A stretch of 64,000 nt of DNA from an uncultured virus (IMG/VR IMGVR_UViG_3300027976_000023) (IMGVR_UViG_3300027976_000023); one strand, 5' to 3'. Counted from the stretch's first letter, positions 49,072 to 60,700 are shown. Translations and numbers: made by a program. The notes: generated by a model from the sequence alone, not told the origin.

Positions 49072-49534
49072 CATAAGAAGTCAAAGAAGTTTATTACAAA
49101 CCTTTAAAATTCTGTACGATGAGTTTGATAGTAAATTTAGTATTACTCAAATCACTAATGATTCTATTGTTTTAGATGAAATTTCAACATTTCTAATGGA
49201 AGTTCTGAATATTGTGGATAATGATGATTGTGATTATATTATCGCATCATACGTTTTAAATTATGATAATGTAGATGGGGATTTTTCAATTTATGACGAA
49301 CCAGATGAAGAAATTTTATCACCAAAAAGACACACATATAGTGCTGAAAGATCATATTATTCTTCAGTATATTTTGTAGAGAGTTTTGATAGTCACACAT
49401 ATTACTTACCATCGATGATGTTATGGGATATTCAAGAAGGTCACTTAAGTTCTGAAGATAGTGAACATTGTGATATTGAAGATATCACTGATACTTGGGA
49501 CGAAGAAATAACTATAGATGAGAAAAATAGATAG
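49058..49534 (+). CDS. acidic hypothetical protein, possibly same family
   Basis: YVLNY..GDFS. Confidence 0.65.
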   Translation: MKLNNIRSQRSLLQTFKILYDEFDSKFSITQITNDSIVLDEISTFLMEVLNIVDNDDCDYIIASYVLNYDNVDGDFSIYDEPDEEILSPKRHTYSAERSYYSSVYFVESFDSHTYYLPSMMLWDIQEGHLSSEDSEHCDIEDITDTWDEEITIDEKNR

Positions 49535-49537
49535 GGT

Positions 49538-50209
49538 TTGAAAATTATAATTACTGAAAATCAATATAAAAAACTATCCGAAGACTTAGAATATTGGGGT
49601 GTTTCTGATGCAACAGAAGATAAATATGAAATGGGTGTTGAGTTGGATGAGGATGTTGATAGTATCCCTATATATAAAGAGGTTAACCCTAATAAAAAGA
49701 TATATGATAAATTACGTAAAGGTTTTCCAACTACACCTAATTACGTTCTAAATGATTTTTTTAGAAATGTGGTAATGGATAAGGAAAGTTTAAAAACTAT
49801 TAACACCACATATCATGGTGACCCAGTAGCTTTTTTACATAATTCTTCATATTGGAACAACTATTTGAATTCTGATTGGAGATTAGAGGTGATTGAAGTT
49901 AACCCTAATGATTTTGATAATGAGACTGTGAGGGCTTTTTTTGAAAGGGGGTTTGGTGATGTTAATTCATTTGACGTACCTGGAGATGAGGAACGAATGA
50001 AAACACAAATGTCTATGAGAAGAAGTGATGGTAATAATGAACCAGTTATCCTATTAAGGAACCCCAACGGTAAATATAAATTAAATGAAGGTTGGCACCG
50101 AACAATGTCTATACTTAAAATGGGTGATAATGGGGAAGATATAAAAAACTGGGATAAAGTTAAAATTAGGTCCTTTGTTGCACCTAACCCATATATTACG
50201 AAAAAGTAG
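49538..50209 (+). CDS. leader-bearing protein with ParB/Srx-like motif
   Basis: MKIIITENQYKKLSE; EPVILL..YKLNEGWHR. Confidence 0.7.
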   Translation: MKIIITENQYKKLSEDLEYWGVSDATEDKYEMGVELDEDVDSIPIYKEVNPNKKIYDKLRKGFPTTPNYVLNDFFRNVVMDKESLKTINTTYHGDPVAFLHNSSYWNNYLNSDWRLEVIEVNPNDFDNETVRAFFERGFGDVNSFDVPGDEERMKTQMSMRRSDGNNEPVILLRNPNGKYKLNEGWHRTMSILKMGDNGEDIKNWDKVKIRSFVAPNPYITKK

Positions 50210-50239
50210 ATATTTTATTAGTGTTTATATCTCCGAACT

Positions 50240-50986
50240 TCACTTCTCACTTAGTTCATTATAACAACTTCTACAAAGTGGAACATATTTATCCCCTCCC
50301 CCCAAAACGACAACCCCACAATCTTTAGATGTGCGGTGAGTATAACGCGCTTTTTCTAAACAAAATGTACAAACTGAATTTAATTTTACAACCTCATCAG
50401 CCAAAGTCAATAATTCTGACATGGAACCAAAAGGTTCTGATTTATAATCCATATCCAACCCCGCTAAAATTAAAGATTTTCCATTGTCTACTATGATTTT
50501 ACAAACATCTACAATTGATTTATCAAAAAATTGAACTTCATCTATTGCGACAACATCTGCGGTATGATATAAATCCAATATTTCTGTGGGGTTATTTACA
50601 TTGATAGCGGCAGTTTCATCCTTGTCATGAGAAACAATTGACTCTTCCGAATATCGATCATCAATTTTTGGTTTAAATACCATGACTTTTTTTCCATCTA
50701 ACTGATACTCACTTATTGCACTTATAAGACCTTTAGTCTTACCAGAAAACATTGGGCCGCAGATAATCTTTATTTTTGTATTTGTTACACTTATACCACC
50801 CGCGTTTCGTTCACTCACACCTATTAATATCCCCCACAATGTCTTACCATTAAATACCACATCATCATTATGTAGGTAACATTTAATGTAATATAAACAC
50901 CATCTAATGGGTATTAAGGGGTACCAACGATACCCCCATACTTTAACTAACCAACCGCACTCTTTATATCTTTTCATATTATACAC
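50240..50986 (-). CDS. tdk: thymidine kinase with N-terminal extension
   Basis: GPMFSGKT, IDEVQFF, AGLDMD..PF, CxxC..Y.PLCRSC. Confidence 0.92.
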   Translation of the reverse strand: MYNMKRYKECGWLVKVWGYRWYPLIPIRWCLYYIKCYLHNDDVVFNGKTLWGILIGVSERNAGGISVTNTKIKIICGPMFSGKTKGLISAISEYQLDGKKVMVFKPKIDDRYSEESIVSHDKDETAAINVNNPTEILDLYHTADVVAIDEVQFFDKSIVDVCKIIVDNGKSLILAGLDMDYKSEPFGSMSELLTLADEVVKLNSVCTFCLEKARYTHRTSKDCGVVVLGGGDKYVPLCRSCYNELSEK

Positions 50987-51088
50987 TTATTTTATCGAAA
51001 TAAATCTCCACTATACTCCTCAACTTTCCATTTTGATTTGGTGTCTCCCTTTCTTTTATATATCCAATCATTTTCTCTCCAATCTCTA

Positions 51089-51619
51089 TCACCACATCTC
51101 TTCAATAGCGTGAATAGTAATCTCATTGTTAGAATCTACTTTAAGTGTAATATACTTTTCAAGAAGTTCTTCTGTTTGTTTATCCCATACTTTATGGTAA
51201 ACATATTCAACATCAACTTCATCAATACCACCTAACTTACAATATTTCTCTATGAATGATTGTGATGGCTGAGGAAATGGTATATCAAATATATTTACAT
51301 CGTCTGGACCAAGTGGTGTGTAAAGTTTAGGATCAGTAGATGATATGATTTTTCTTACTACTAATGGACACTTTTCATCCCACTTGAATATACCATACTC
51401 ACGTTCGTCAGAATAAACCCAATCACCTTCTTTAGTATCTTCATCTGTTGTGAAGTATAGGTGTTGAGGTACTGCTAGATTGTCAAGATGATGATAAGGA
51501 TCTTCTCCATTTGTGAATAGATGTAGACACTCACCTCTTTTTATATATCCAAATGTGCTATTTGTATAATTTTCTGTTGGTAACATAACCACCCTACTTC
51601 TTTTTCTATTGCTTTCCAT
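51089..51619 (-). CDS. hypothetical phage protein
   Basis: ORF track; PQHLY..EGDW..KIISSTD..PQPSQSFI. Confidence 0.7.
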   Translation of the reverse strand: MESNRKRSRVVMLPTENYTNSTFGYIKRGECLHLFTNGEDPYHHLDNLAVPQHLYFTTDEDTKEGDWVYSDEREYGIFKWDEKCPLVVRKIISSTDPKLYTPLGPDDVNIFDIPFPQPSQSFIEKYCKLGGIDEVDVEYVYHKVWDKQTEELLEKYITLKVDSNNEITIHAIEEMW

Positions 51620-51633
51620 TTACTTTAATTTTG

Positions 51634-51707
51634 TGACCCCACCAAGATTCAAACCTGGGACTTTCTCCTTAGAAGGGAGATGCTCTATTCAACTGAGCTA
51701 TGGGGCC
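51634..51707 (-). tRNA. tRNA-Arg(TCT); no encoded CCA
   Basis: GGCCCCATAGCTCAGTTGAATAGAGCATCTCCCTTCTAAGGAGAAAGTCCCAGGTTTGAATCTTGGTGGGGTCA. Confidence 0.93.
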
Positions 51708-52064
51708 TAATTACCTTTTTAATGTGTCAAAATATTCTATAACATACTTAGCATAAGTAGTTAATATTTCTGAACCTTTAAATATAAAGATTTCCTCTTT
51801 TCTACCAACCGCTAAATTATAAGATTCTTTAAATTTAGGTATATCACTAAAAGTTATACTATTCATATTATTTTTTTAAATTATCACACCTACATTGTTT
51901 ACTTAATGAGTTTTCTAATGAACCCACTAATTCTGTTTTAATGTCTAATAAATCTTCTATTCGTCTATCTTTCTCCTTAATTAAGTTATTTAATCTTATA
52001 ACCTCATTTTCTAATTCTTCTACTAATGTTTGTTTTTCCATAATTCAAATATACAAAAAAGATT

Positions 52065-52451
52065 TTATAAATCCAAATGTTTTACACTATTTTCTAAATA
52101 TCTTTCAATATTTTCTTTACCAACTGGGTTAGCTGAATGAACATAGTAGTTTGGTACCTTTACATTATTAGATAAACAATATTCAACCAACCACTTAGCG
52201 CAATCATATCCAGTCTTTTCCTCTAATTTTTCATAATCAATATCACCTTCTTGATTTTCACTCAAATATGCATCATACGAAAGATCATGATCCAAAGAAA
52301 CGTGTGTTGGTAAACCAAACTTATTAATTATATTAATGAATTGATGGTAATCTCTAGCAATAACCCAATCACTATCACTTTCATATAGTGGATTAACTGT
52401 TAGTTTAAATACATCATAAGGAATCCTTATATCGTCTAAAAATAATTTCAT
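52065..52451 (-). CDS. cyclic-phosphate processing receiver-like domain protein
   Basis: LFLDDIR, SLDHDL, TGYDCAKWL, HSANPVG. Confidence 0.8.
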   Translation of the reverse strand: MKLFLDDIRIPYDVFKLTVNPLYESDSDWVIARDYHQFINIINKFGLPTHVSLDHDLSYDAYLSENQEGDIDYEKLEEKTGYDCAKWLVEYCLSNNVKVPNYYVHSANPVGKENIERYLENSVKHLDL

Positions 52452-52455
52452 AAAA

Positions 52456-52487
52456 CAAATATATAAAAAAAATTTAACTATAACAAA
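52456..52487 (-). promoter_or_regulatory. Bacteroidota-type promoter 4 nt before the ATG
   Basis: TTTG-N20-TATATTTG; same motif at 52046-52077 and 53439-53469. Confidence 0.75.
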
Positions 52488-53431
52488 CTTTCTTTTATCT
52501 TTTTCGCACTGTGTAAAACTGTTAACACACCTTTCTTACCTAATTTATTATAGATATCGGATATGTCATAACCTTCAGGTATATTAATTATTAATACTCT
52601 ACCCATAAGTTTTGTAGAATTTAATCTTTTATATAATTTTATCGCATCTTCATACGCATCAGAATCTAATAGTATGATAACTTTACACTCAGCGTTTTTA
52701 ACAACCTTACTAAATAAATTATCACTTATTACCTTCCCTAGTAATGGTAAACTGTTAGGGACTACGATATGGTCAAACACACCCTCAACCAAATATATGT
52801 TAGAATCCCAATTGACTAACCACTCATTAAAAATTATTTCACTCTTAGATACATCAGGGTTTTTATATTTAAGTTTAGTGTATTTTTCATAACTCCTACC
52901 AGAATAGTAATTTATATCACCATATATATCATATGATGGGAAAATCACTCTACCACCATATTCACCATAAGAACAATACCCTATATTATATTTTTCAATA
53001 ATATCTAACCCAATGTTCCTCTTCTCTAAATAAGAAATGGCGGACTTATACCCCTTTTCATTTCTTACTATCGTCAATGGTATGAATTCATTGGGTAACC
53101 CATCTATAGTTTTATTTTCTATTTCTGGTTTATGATACTGTATTAAATCTGGTGTAACTAACTTATACTTTTTAAGTAAGTCTCTATTACCATAGGTTTT
53201 AATTAATTTATATATTGTACCATGAGTATCGTGTGTCTCAGAGCAAGACCAACATTTGAATACGTTAAAATTATAATTAACTTCTAGATTACCTTTACCA
53301 TCTCCCGAACTTAAACCCTTAATTTCATAAGAACATACGGGACAATCAAAGGATATTTGAGATGTGTTGGTATTGTGTTTTTTAGTCTCACCTAAACAAC
53401 TTTCTAATATTTCTAATACTAATTCAGACAT
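52478..53431 (-). CDS. dnaG: DNA primase (zinc finger + TOPRIM)
   Basis: CPVC..CWSC, YLEKR, RVIFP, KYKNP, LVEGVFD, LDSDA. Confidence 0.9.
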   Translation of the reverse strand: MSELVLEILESCLGETKKHNTNTSQISFDCPVCSYEIKGLSSGDGKGNLEVNYNFNVFKCWSCSETHDTHGTIYKLIKTYGNRDLLKKYKLVTPDLIQYHKPEIENKTIDGLPNEFIPLTIVRNEKGYKSAISYLEKRNIGLDIIEKYNIGYCSYGEYGGRVIFPSYDIYGDINYYSGRSYEKYTKLKYKNPDVSKSEIIFNEWLVNWDSNIYLVEGVFDHIVVPNSLPLLGKVISDNLFSKVVKNAECKVIILLDSDAYEDAIKLYKRLNSTKLMGRVLIINIPEGYDISDIYNKLGKKGVLTVLHSAKKIKESLL

Positions 53432-53471
53432 TTGACTACAAATATAAGAATTATTATTTAAAAAACAAAGT

Positions 53472-54104
53472 TTATTTCCACTTTTCCTCTTTATTCATCT
53501 GACCCAACACACAAGCATATGCATCTGTCATGTCAAAGTTTTCTTTAGTTAGTTTTTGGTGGTTATTATATAACCACACTATTTGTGGTTCCCTTTCATT
53601 AACCTTTTCCCATATAACACTTTTCTTATCTATGTCATGAGAATGTCCACCGAATAAAACAGGTTTCTTCTTTGAGATTTCTTTTTCCGTATAAAGTTCA
53701 CCCTTTTTATTTATTCTCCTTATATCCATTAATTCTGGAAATGCGAATTTCCTAGCATCATAAGAAGAAATAAATTCAGGGATTATATTTAACACCTCAA
53801 AAACTGATCTACATATCATACCATTAAACCTTAATAGTGTGGCTACAGTATTAACATTATTAGACCTAACTAAAGGTTCTTCTATGATAACTCTAGTGAT
53901 ACCAATGTCACTATATTTTTCTAAAAAATCAAATTGGAAAATTTGTGCCTTTTTTATTAACATCTCTATGTTACTTTCTGGTTTTGGTTTTACTATTGGT
54001 GTTATATGTGTCAACAACTGTAATTTACCACTATCCCCCAAATCTTCAAATAACGATATACCAATAGTCTTGGTAGATACGTCTAACCCTAAAATTCTAC
54101 TCAT
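53472..54104 (-). CDS. RuvC-like Holliday junction resolvase
   Basis: ILGLDVST, IIEEP, DMTDAY. Confidence 0.8.
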   Translation of the reverse strand: MSRILGLDVSTKTIGISLFEDLGDSGKLQLLTHITPIVKPKPESNIEMLIKKAQIFQFDFLEKYSDIGITRVIIEEPLVRSNNVNTVATLLRFNGMICRSVFEVLNIIPEFISSYDARKFAFPELMDIRRINKKGELYTEKEISKKKPVLFGGHSHDIDKKSVIWEKVNEREPQIVWLYNNHQKLTKENFDMTDAYACVLGQMNKEEKWK

Positions 54105-54124
54105 TTTAAAAACTTTATACTTTT

Positions 54125-55420
54125 TTATATAATAATTTGTACGTCAAATATTACAAAATCATTTTTACATTTTACTATTTGTCTATCTGTCTTACCAATC
54201 GCTAAAACATTTCCACTAACATCTGTAATTGCAACCTCACTAATCCTTACATCATCATTCAATGTAAATGTTTCGTTTTGGGTGTTATAAAATTCCCCTC
54301 TAGGTGCAACACATACAATGTTCTGTACTAAATCATTTTGTATACTATCGACAACTGTATTATAAGTACTAGCACTATAATAGTAAAGACCTAATGAATT
54401 AGTTATTATATTAGTATCTGTATCACCACTGAAATTAGTTACTATGTTATTCACAATAGTTTGATCAGTAATAGCGTAAAAACCTTTATCTAAGTACACT
54501 ACACCAGCAATTTTATCAACATTAATCCCTGTTGCCGGGACATCCTGCACATTAATCGTTTCTTTACTACCTAAACTAAAGGGTTTGAATGTATCATACC
54601 CAGTTGACCAACTTTTAGTTGTATCATTATTAGGTTTTTGTATATTGTCTGAAACTAAATAACTCACATTAATCTGTTTACCAAATAATGATTGTGGGTA
54701 ACTACTTTTATCTTTAAATTGGGTATCTAATGTCGTATTAGGTATCGTAGCTTTAGGAAATGTACTATATAGTGTATATGTGGTTAACCCAGTAGGTGTA
54801 CCACCAGTGGTATATCCACTATACACTGGTAAGTCTATTTTAATAGATTTACCATCTATCATTTCCCCATATTGATCATTACCAATTACACCTATTAAAA
54901 CACTACTACTACCTAACCCACTAAATGGTGTGTCACTCCAACCCCCATTTGAAGAGGTTGTGTTGGTAAAAATATTAGTATTTACAGGGTTTATTGGGAG
55001 ACTTAAACTTTTAAATAAGTTTGTATAATCTACACTAGTTGCACTTTTAACAATATTAACATATGTAATGTTACTACCACTTACGGTTGTTTCACCTACT
55101 AATCGTAAAGTTAATTCTAACGCAGATGAACCAGGTTCAACAGTTTTTTTAGTTGCTGGTGCAGTTGTTACGTATAATTTACTATTAATACCGACACCTT
55201 CTGAAATGTTATCATTTACGCTAGCGTTATACCCTAAGTCACCACTATTAACTGGTATTTTACCAGTAGTTAATACTACACTAGTGTTATAATTTGCATC
55301 AGAATCGCCTAAAACAAAGTGTGAAAAAATAGTATTATTATTTTGAATTAATTTTTCTCTCCCTAATAGAGTTAACCTAGCGGTTATTGTAATTGTAGTT
55401 GCACTATTTATAAATCCCAT
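54125..55420 (-). CDS. probable tail/baseplate structural protein
   Basis: ARLTLLGR..LGDSDANY N-terminus and ISEVAI..VLAIGK C-terminus shared with next gene. Confidence 0.6.
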   Translation of the reverse strand: MGFINSATTITITARLTLLGREKLIQNNNTIFSHFVLGDSDANYNTSVVLTTGKIPVNSGDLGYNASVNDNISEGVGINSKLYVTTAPATKKTVEPGSSALELTLRLVGETTVSGSNITYVNIVKSATSVDYTNLFKSLSLPINPVNTNIFTNTTSSNGGWSDTPFSGLGSSSVLIGVIGNDQYGEMIDGKSIKIDLPVYSGYTTGGTPTGLTTYTLYSTFPKATIPNTTLDTQFKDKSSYPQSLFGKQINVSYLVSDNIQKPNNDTTKSWSTGYDTFKPFSLGSKETINVQDVPATGINVDKIAGVVYLDKGFYAITDQTIVNNIVTNFSGDTDTNIITNSLGLYYYSASTYNTVVDSIQNDLVQNIVCVAPRGEFYNTQNETFTLNDDVRISEVAITDVSGNVLAIGKTDRQIVKCKNDFVIFDVQIII

Positions 55421-55430
55421 TTTTTTTTAT

Positions 55431-57662
55431 TTAAAAGTCTATTGTTAATTCCAATGAAGCGGTAGTTGAGTCTGCAATCCTAATTGGTCTTGACATTTTA
55501 CCCACTAAAACCAAATTTTGATTGTTGTCTAATATACCTATTTCACTAATATATCTATCGTCACCATAATCAAATGTAGGGTTACTACTACTTGATATTG
55601 TTGCACCATTTACATTAATATTAAATAATGTTTTATAGATAGTTGCACCAATATAAGTCTTTAAGTTACCATAAAATAATCTTTCATCTCCGAATGTCAT
55701 CTTACCATAGTTAGAAGCTGAAGACATATCTAACTCATTCCCTAAATTAAATGTAGTTGCAGATGCCCCACTATATAACCCACCTGTTAAAATAAACCCA
55801 GTAGTATTAGAATTTTGATTTTCCAATAGGGTTGGGTTAATGGTTTCACCTGTCACATCAGTAATATTAGTAGAAGTAAAATCTATCACCCTCCATTTAG
55901 ATGGGTCAGGTCTACTAACTAAATTTTTATTTACAACTTGTGCTAACAATTTAAAATTATCAGCATAAAACCCATAACCATCATAAGAAGCAGATTCTCT
56001 TTTTCTCATATAAGGTAATTGTCCTATATTATTCATACTAAATTGAACATCCTTATCGGAATTAGTTGTGTTATCTAACACCGTATACCTTTGATTGGGT
56101 AGTGTTGGTGTAGTAACCGTAGTAGTTCCTGTTGCACCTGTTCCTGTATTAGATAACCAATATGTCATATATAAACTTTCTCCAGCCTTTAAAACACCAG
56201 TACAATTGCCTGATAAAGAATTAACCAATTCACCAGTTAAATCAGGTAAAGTGTAGTTTCTGTTAGATTTGTAAGACATTGCAGCCAATAACTCTTCATT
56301 ATCAATAACAACCATTTTTAATTGTGGGAATACTTTTCCAACGGATAATGGTTGGGTCGGTGATACAGACATCCCACTAAACTCTATTAAGTCATAATAT
56401 TCAATATCATTATTAGTAGCAATAGTTTTTAAAACTGTATCAGACACAAATCTCATACCTAATGTAGTACCACTACCAGTACCTTCATTTCTTCTATGCC
56501 ACATAACAGGTATATCTAAATTCAATAATTTTCCAGATTCCTCATCTATGTAGAATTGTTCACCATAAAAATTAGAAATACAACTATTAGTGTAGTGTAC
56601 AATACATATACCTTTTTGGAAGGGATCCATATAACTAATAGAATCCAGTTTGGTTCCTGTTGTAGAAACTGTTAATGTATCATTATACCCTAAATATTGT
56701 TTAGTACCACTAAATTGTTCCGAACCAAATAAATTGTGTTCATGATAGTTGATAGGTGAGTCAACATATTGTCCAGCTAGATTCTCAACCCAAGTGTTAT
56801 TCATATTCCATACTGGGATGTTTTCAACACATATGTCACAACTACTATCAAATGATAAGGTACCCGTATTCCAATATGCGGTTAATGAACTTAACCCATA
56901 ATAATCATCCTCTGGGTCATCTCCACCAGGTATAGTATAATAAGTTATGATTGTACCAGAATATGCATTTAGTGTAGGTAATACCCTATCCACTTTAATT
57001 GTTGTCCCACTAATTTCTGTTATATTATAAAAACTATTAATGGTAGCAGCTGTCATACTATCCCCCGAAATATTTCCTAATGTGGGGTTAGAGAACTTAA
57101 AGACTATGTAATCATTCACACTTGTAGCAGTAAGTGCAGTACTCAATGTTAATTGACCCTGAGTATAAGGTGTCATATCAACCGTACCATCAAAATTAAC
57201 TAAATCAATAGTTCCACTTTCTTTTATAAACTGAGTTGTTGTTACCGCAGATAATCCCACATCAACAGACGATCCAGAGAAAAATCCTCTATCCGCTGCC
57301 TCATTACTAACCAACCCTTTTATTAGTTGTATATCACTTTGTTGGTTTAATGGGAAAATAAATTGATTACTTTGATCCAATAAAAATGTAGAGAAAAATG
57401 GATTTTCATCTTTAGGTCTCAATACCTTTGAAAAAATGTTTTTTACTATATTTCCATCCGCTTCAGGAAACCAAAATTCACCTGTCGATGCACCTACACT
57501 TGGCACAAATTGTGACCAACCCTTAACATAATTATAATCAACCTCTGAATCGCCGATCATATAATTACTGAACGTTAATTGTCCTTTAGCTAACTGTTCT
57601 CTACCTATGTCAGTTAATTTAACCCTTACTAATGCCGTACTTTGTTTATTTATGTAGCTCAT
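55431..57662 (-). CDS. probable tail/baseplate structural protein
   Basis: VKLTDIGR..IGDSEVDY and ISEIGILD..LVLVGK; Thr/Ser/Gly-rich. Confidence 0.6.
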   Translation of the reverse strand: MSYINKQSTALVRVKLTDIGREQLAKGQLTFSNYMIGDSEVDYNYVKGWSQFVPSVGASTGEFWFPEADGNIVKNIFSKVLRPKDENPFFSTFLLDQSNQFIFPLNQQSDIQLIKGLVSNEAADRGFFSGSSVDVGLSAVTTTQFIKESGTIDLVNFDGTVDMTPYTQGQLTLSTALTATSVNDYIVFKFSNPTLGNISGDSMTAATINSFYNITEISGTTIKVDRVLPTLNAYSGTIITYYTIPGGDDPEDDYYGLSSLTAYWNTGTLSFDSSCDICVENIPVWNMNNTWVENLAGQYVDSPINYHEHNLFGSEQFSGTKQYLGYNDTLTVSTTGTKLDSISYMDPFQKGICIVHYTNSCISNFYGEQFYIDEESGKLLNLDIPVMWHRRNEGTGSGTTLGMRFVSDTVLKTIATNNDIEYYDLIEFSGMSVSPTQPLSVGKVFPQLKMVVIDNEELLAAMSYKSNRNYTLPDLTGELVNSLSGNCTGVLKAGESLYMTYWLSNTGTGATGTTTVTTPTLPNQRYTVLDNTTNSDKDVQFSMNNIGQLPYMRKRESASYDGYGFYADNFKLLAQVVNKNLVSRPDPSKWRVIDFTSTNITDVTGETINPTLLENQNSNTTGFILTGGLYSGASATTFNLGNELDMSSASNYGKMTFGDERLFYGNLKTYIGATIYKTLFNINVNGATISSSSNPTFDYGDDRYISEIGILDNNQNLVLVGKMSRPIRIADSTTASLELTIDF

Positions 57663-57707
57663 TACTTTCTTACTATTTAATTATAAATATACAGAATAAT
57701 ATTATTA

Positions 57708-60700
57708 TTAATATGTTATACCTGAATTCGTTAGAATTTCGATAGGTGTGGTATCACTATAACTCACACTATATATTATTTCACCTATTATTGGGGTATA
57801 AAATTTTTCATTTTTAACTCTATATATAAATTTATCACCTGCTCTCGCATTTGTCAATGTTATTATCTTACTATATGTTTTTTGTCCAATAATGTAACTC
57901 ACCTCTTCACTGTATATTATATTAGTAAATGATGTATCATTGACATCTGTCACTTCAATTGTAAACTTACCATCATTGTTTGTGGGGTTAGTAACAATTG
58001 ACCAACTTATTAATGGACTATTAGTGGAAATCCCACCAATTATGGCGTTAGATGGTGTATAAAATGCTTCAATTATGTCACCATTATTTAAATTATTTTC
58101 TAAAATAATTCTTCTAAGATTACTAAACGATTGTGTATACTCTACATTAGGTGATAATATTGCCCCATTAATACTTAATACCACATTACTAGAAGGGTTA
58201 TTTATTAGATAAAATTCATATTTACTATGAGTCGTATTATAATATACCCTGTCAGTTTCTAATTGTGTTCCTGTACCACCACTACTTATTATTGTTGAAA
58301 CGGTGTAAAGGTCAGCAAATAAGTCATTTGAATTTCCGTTATCAACATATGCGTATGTTAAAACTTGATTATCTAACGGTGTAAATAATAACCTTATAAA
58401 TGGTGTAGGTGTCCCAGAAAAAGTACCAGTAACTGCACTATATTCTATGTTTTTAGCTAAAACTGCTCCATTATAACTCACAATTGGGTCCGATAAACCT
58501 TGTATACTGTAGTCCGTTTTTCCTGATTCAGTAAATTGTGTGGAGACTACTAAATTATTAATCCCACCGATGTTAGGTGCAACAGAACTATTAAATTGTG
58601 GTATACTAGCTTCAAACATATTTATAAAATACCAGTCAGTTTCGGGAACGTACAACCCATATAACTTACCTCTCTTATAAGTACTTAAGGTACTCAGTCT
58701 AGTGTTTTGTTGTTTAGCAATTAAAGTATTTACATTATAATCCCAATATGACTTAATCAGAAATTCACCTTCTCCAATACTATCAATATTTAACGTAATG
58801 GTGTTCCCAGTATTTCCACTTAAGTTTTCATATGGTATTGTAAATGTCTGTAAAGCTGATGTAGTGAATTTTTCAGTACCTTGATCATACTTATAAACTT
58901 CACCATAATATGATAACTTTTTAGGGGTTACCACACCATTAACATTGTTAACCAATATATTAAAGTTAAAACCTATTCTATTTAATGGTGTAATATATAC
59001 ATACCTATCACAAGATATTGCTTTATCGGTGATTATGTTTGGTAGTCCCCAGTTAGAAGTAGTACCCGTAACCGTAGTACTACTTAAGTTAAACGCGTTT
59101 TCTTGAAAATTACATTGTACCCCCAAACCATTTGGTCTGTGGATAGTGTGTAAATAATTCTTACCTAAATCTGCAACGTAAACTTTTTCATCTGCACCCA
59201 TTTGTAGTGCACCTAAACTACTTCCACTAATATTTCCTACTTCAATTTCATTGTTTAAAATCTCTGTAGCTGCAGTATATGATAAATCATATTGATAAAT
59301 TTTTTCACCAGCTCCTTCAGAAACATAAAATTTAGATGAATCTGAAGAAAATTCTAAACCATAGGGTCCCACATCAAAAGTTTTACCTGTGATGGAAACA
59401 AAATTACTTAAAGTACCATCGGAAGCTTCAAAATCAAAAATATCTATGATGTCTTCATCATATAAGACAGAAATTAATTTTGTACAATCTGGTGATGTTT
59501 TCATATAACCTCTAGCAGTGTTATGTGTACTACCAATATTTGTTATAATTGGTCCTGATAAACCTACTGACGACACTTTATATGAATAAAAAGAAGTATC
59601 CCCACTAGTGTGTGTGATCACCCAGTAGGCATCTTCTGTACTATGACTACAAGCTGTTACTTTTTCTGTTAATGGTAAATTGATTAATCTATTATTTTTA
59701 GTTTCAACTTGACCAAACCCACCTTGTAATCTCATATTAACTATAGAATACTCAAACCCATTAGGGGAACCATTATAATCAGTAGTGAATATATAGTAGT
59801 TATTATTATTTCCTGGTTGTGGTATGATAATAGAAGATTGGGTAGATGTACCTGAACTTACCAACCCACTCCCATTGGACATAACAGTGTTACCACTTGT
59901 ATATACTGTCTCACCATTAGTATAAAATATCAATTTACCTTCTTTGTTCGATATTGACGATACACCTTCTTGTGACACCATAGAACCACTCAATGGCGTA
60001 GGTGTACCACCACTCTGTATTGGGTCAAATGTTAACCCAGCATTCTCACCGAAGAACCAATTATAATTTAATCTATCATAAGTGTACCCAGTGTATGTAA
60101 CTGGACCACATAATGTATCTGCAGATGATGTTGGGATTTTCCTAGTACCTGTAATAGTAACTTGAGGGAAATCAAAGCTATCAAAATCCGATCTTTCAAC
60201 ATGTGGATATAATTCTTCATTACTTATAGGTTCCCACCCATAATTTTTACTTTCATTTCTGCTGGATAGGAATTGATATTTTTTACCGTTGTCAATATAA
60301 AGTATCTGATTATTTGCTGTTATAGTTGGGGATAAGATACCACACTTATCAACAGACGATGTGATTGTTGAGGTGAAAGGGTAAGAACAAGTAGTTACTA
60401 AAGATGTTACCACTGGTAGTGATGAAGAACAAAACGACACTGATCCTGACCCACTAAGATTAAGATTAGAACTAATAGTATTACCATACTCATCTTCATA
60501 AGTAAAATACACTATACAGTCATCAACTCCACTACCACACACTGTACCATTATTTACGATAGTGTAAACCGTTGTTTGTAGAACCCCATCCTCACTTTTA
60601 TCACCTTTAAAAATTAATGGTATTAATTGTTCACTTTGTCTATTTCTAAATATAGATTGTCCACTTTTAGGTGGTGGTGAGTAGGTAAATATAGTTTCAA

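Noticed and set aside
43763..53431. Introns or inteins in replication genes
   Set aside because: Frames are continuous, with no intein terminal motifs or homing endonuclease signatures seen.
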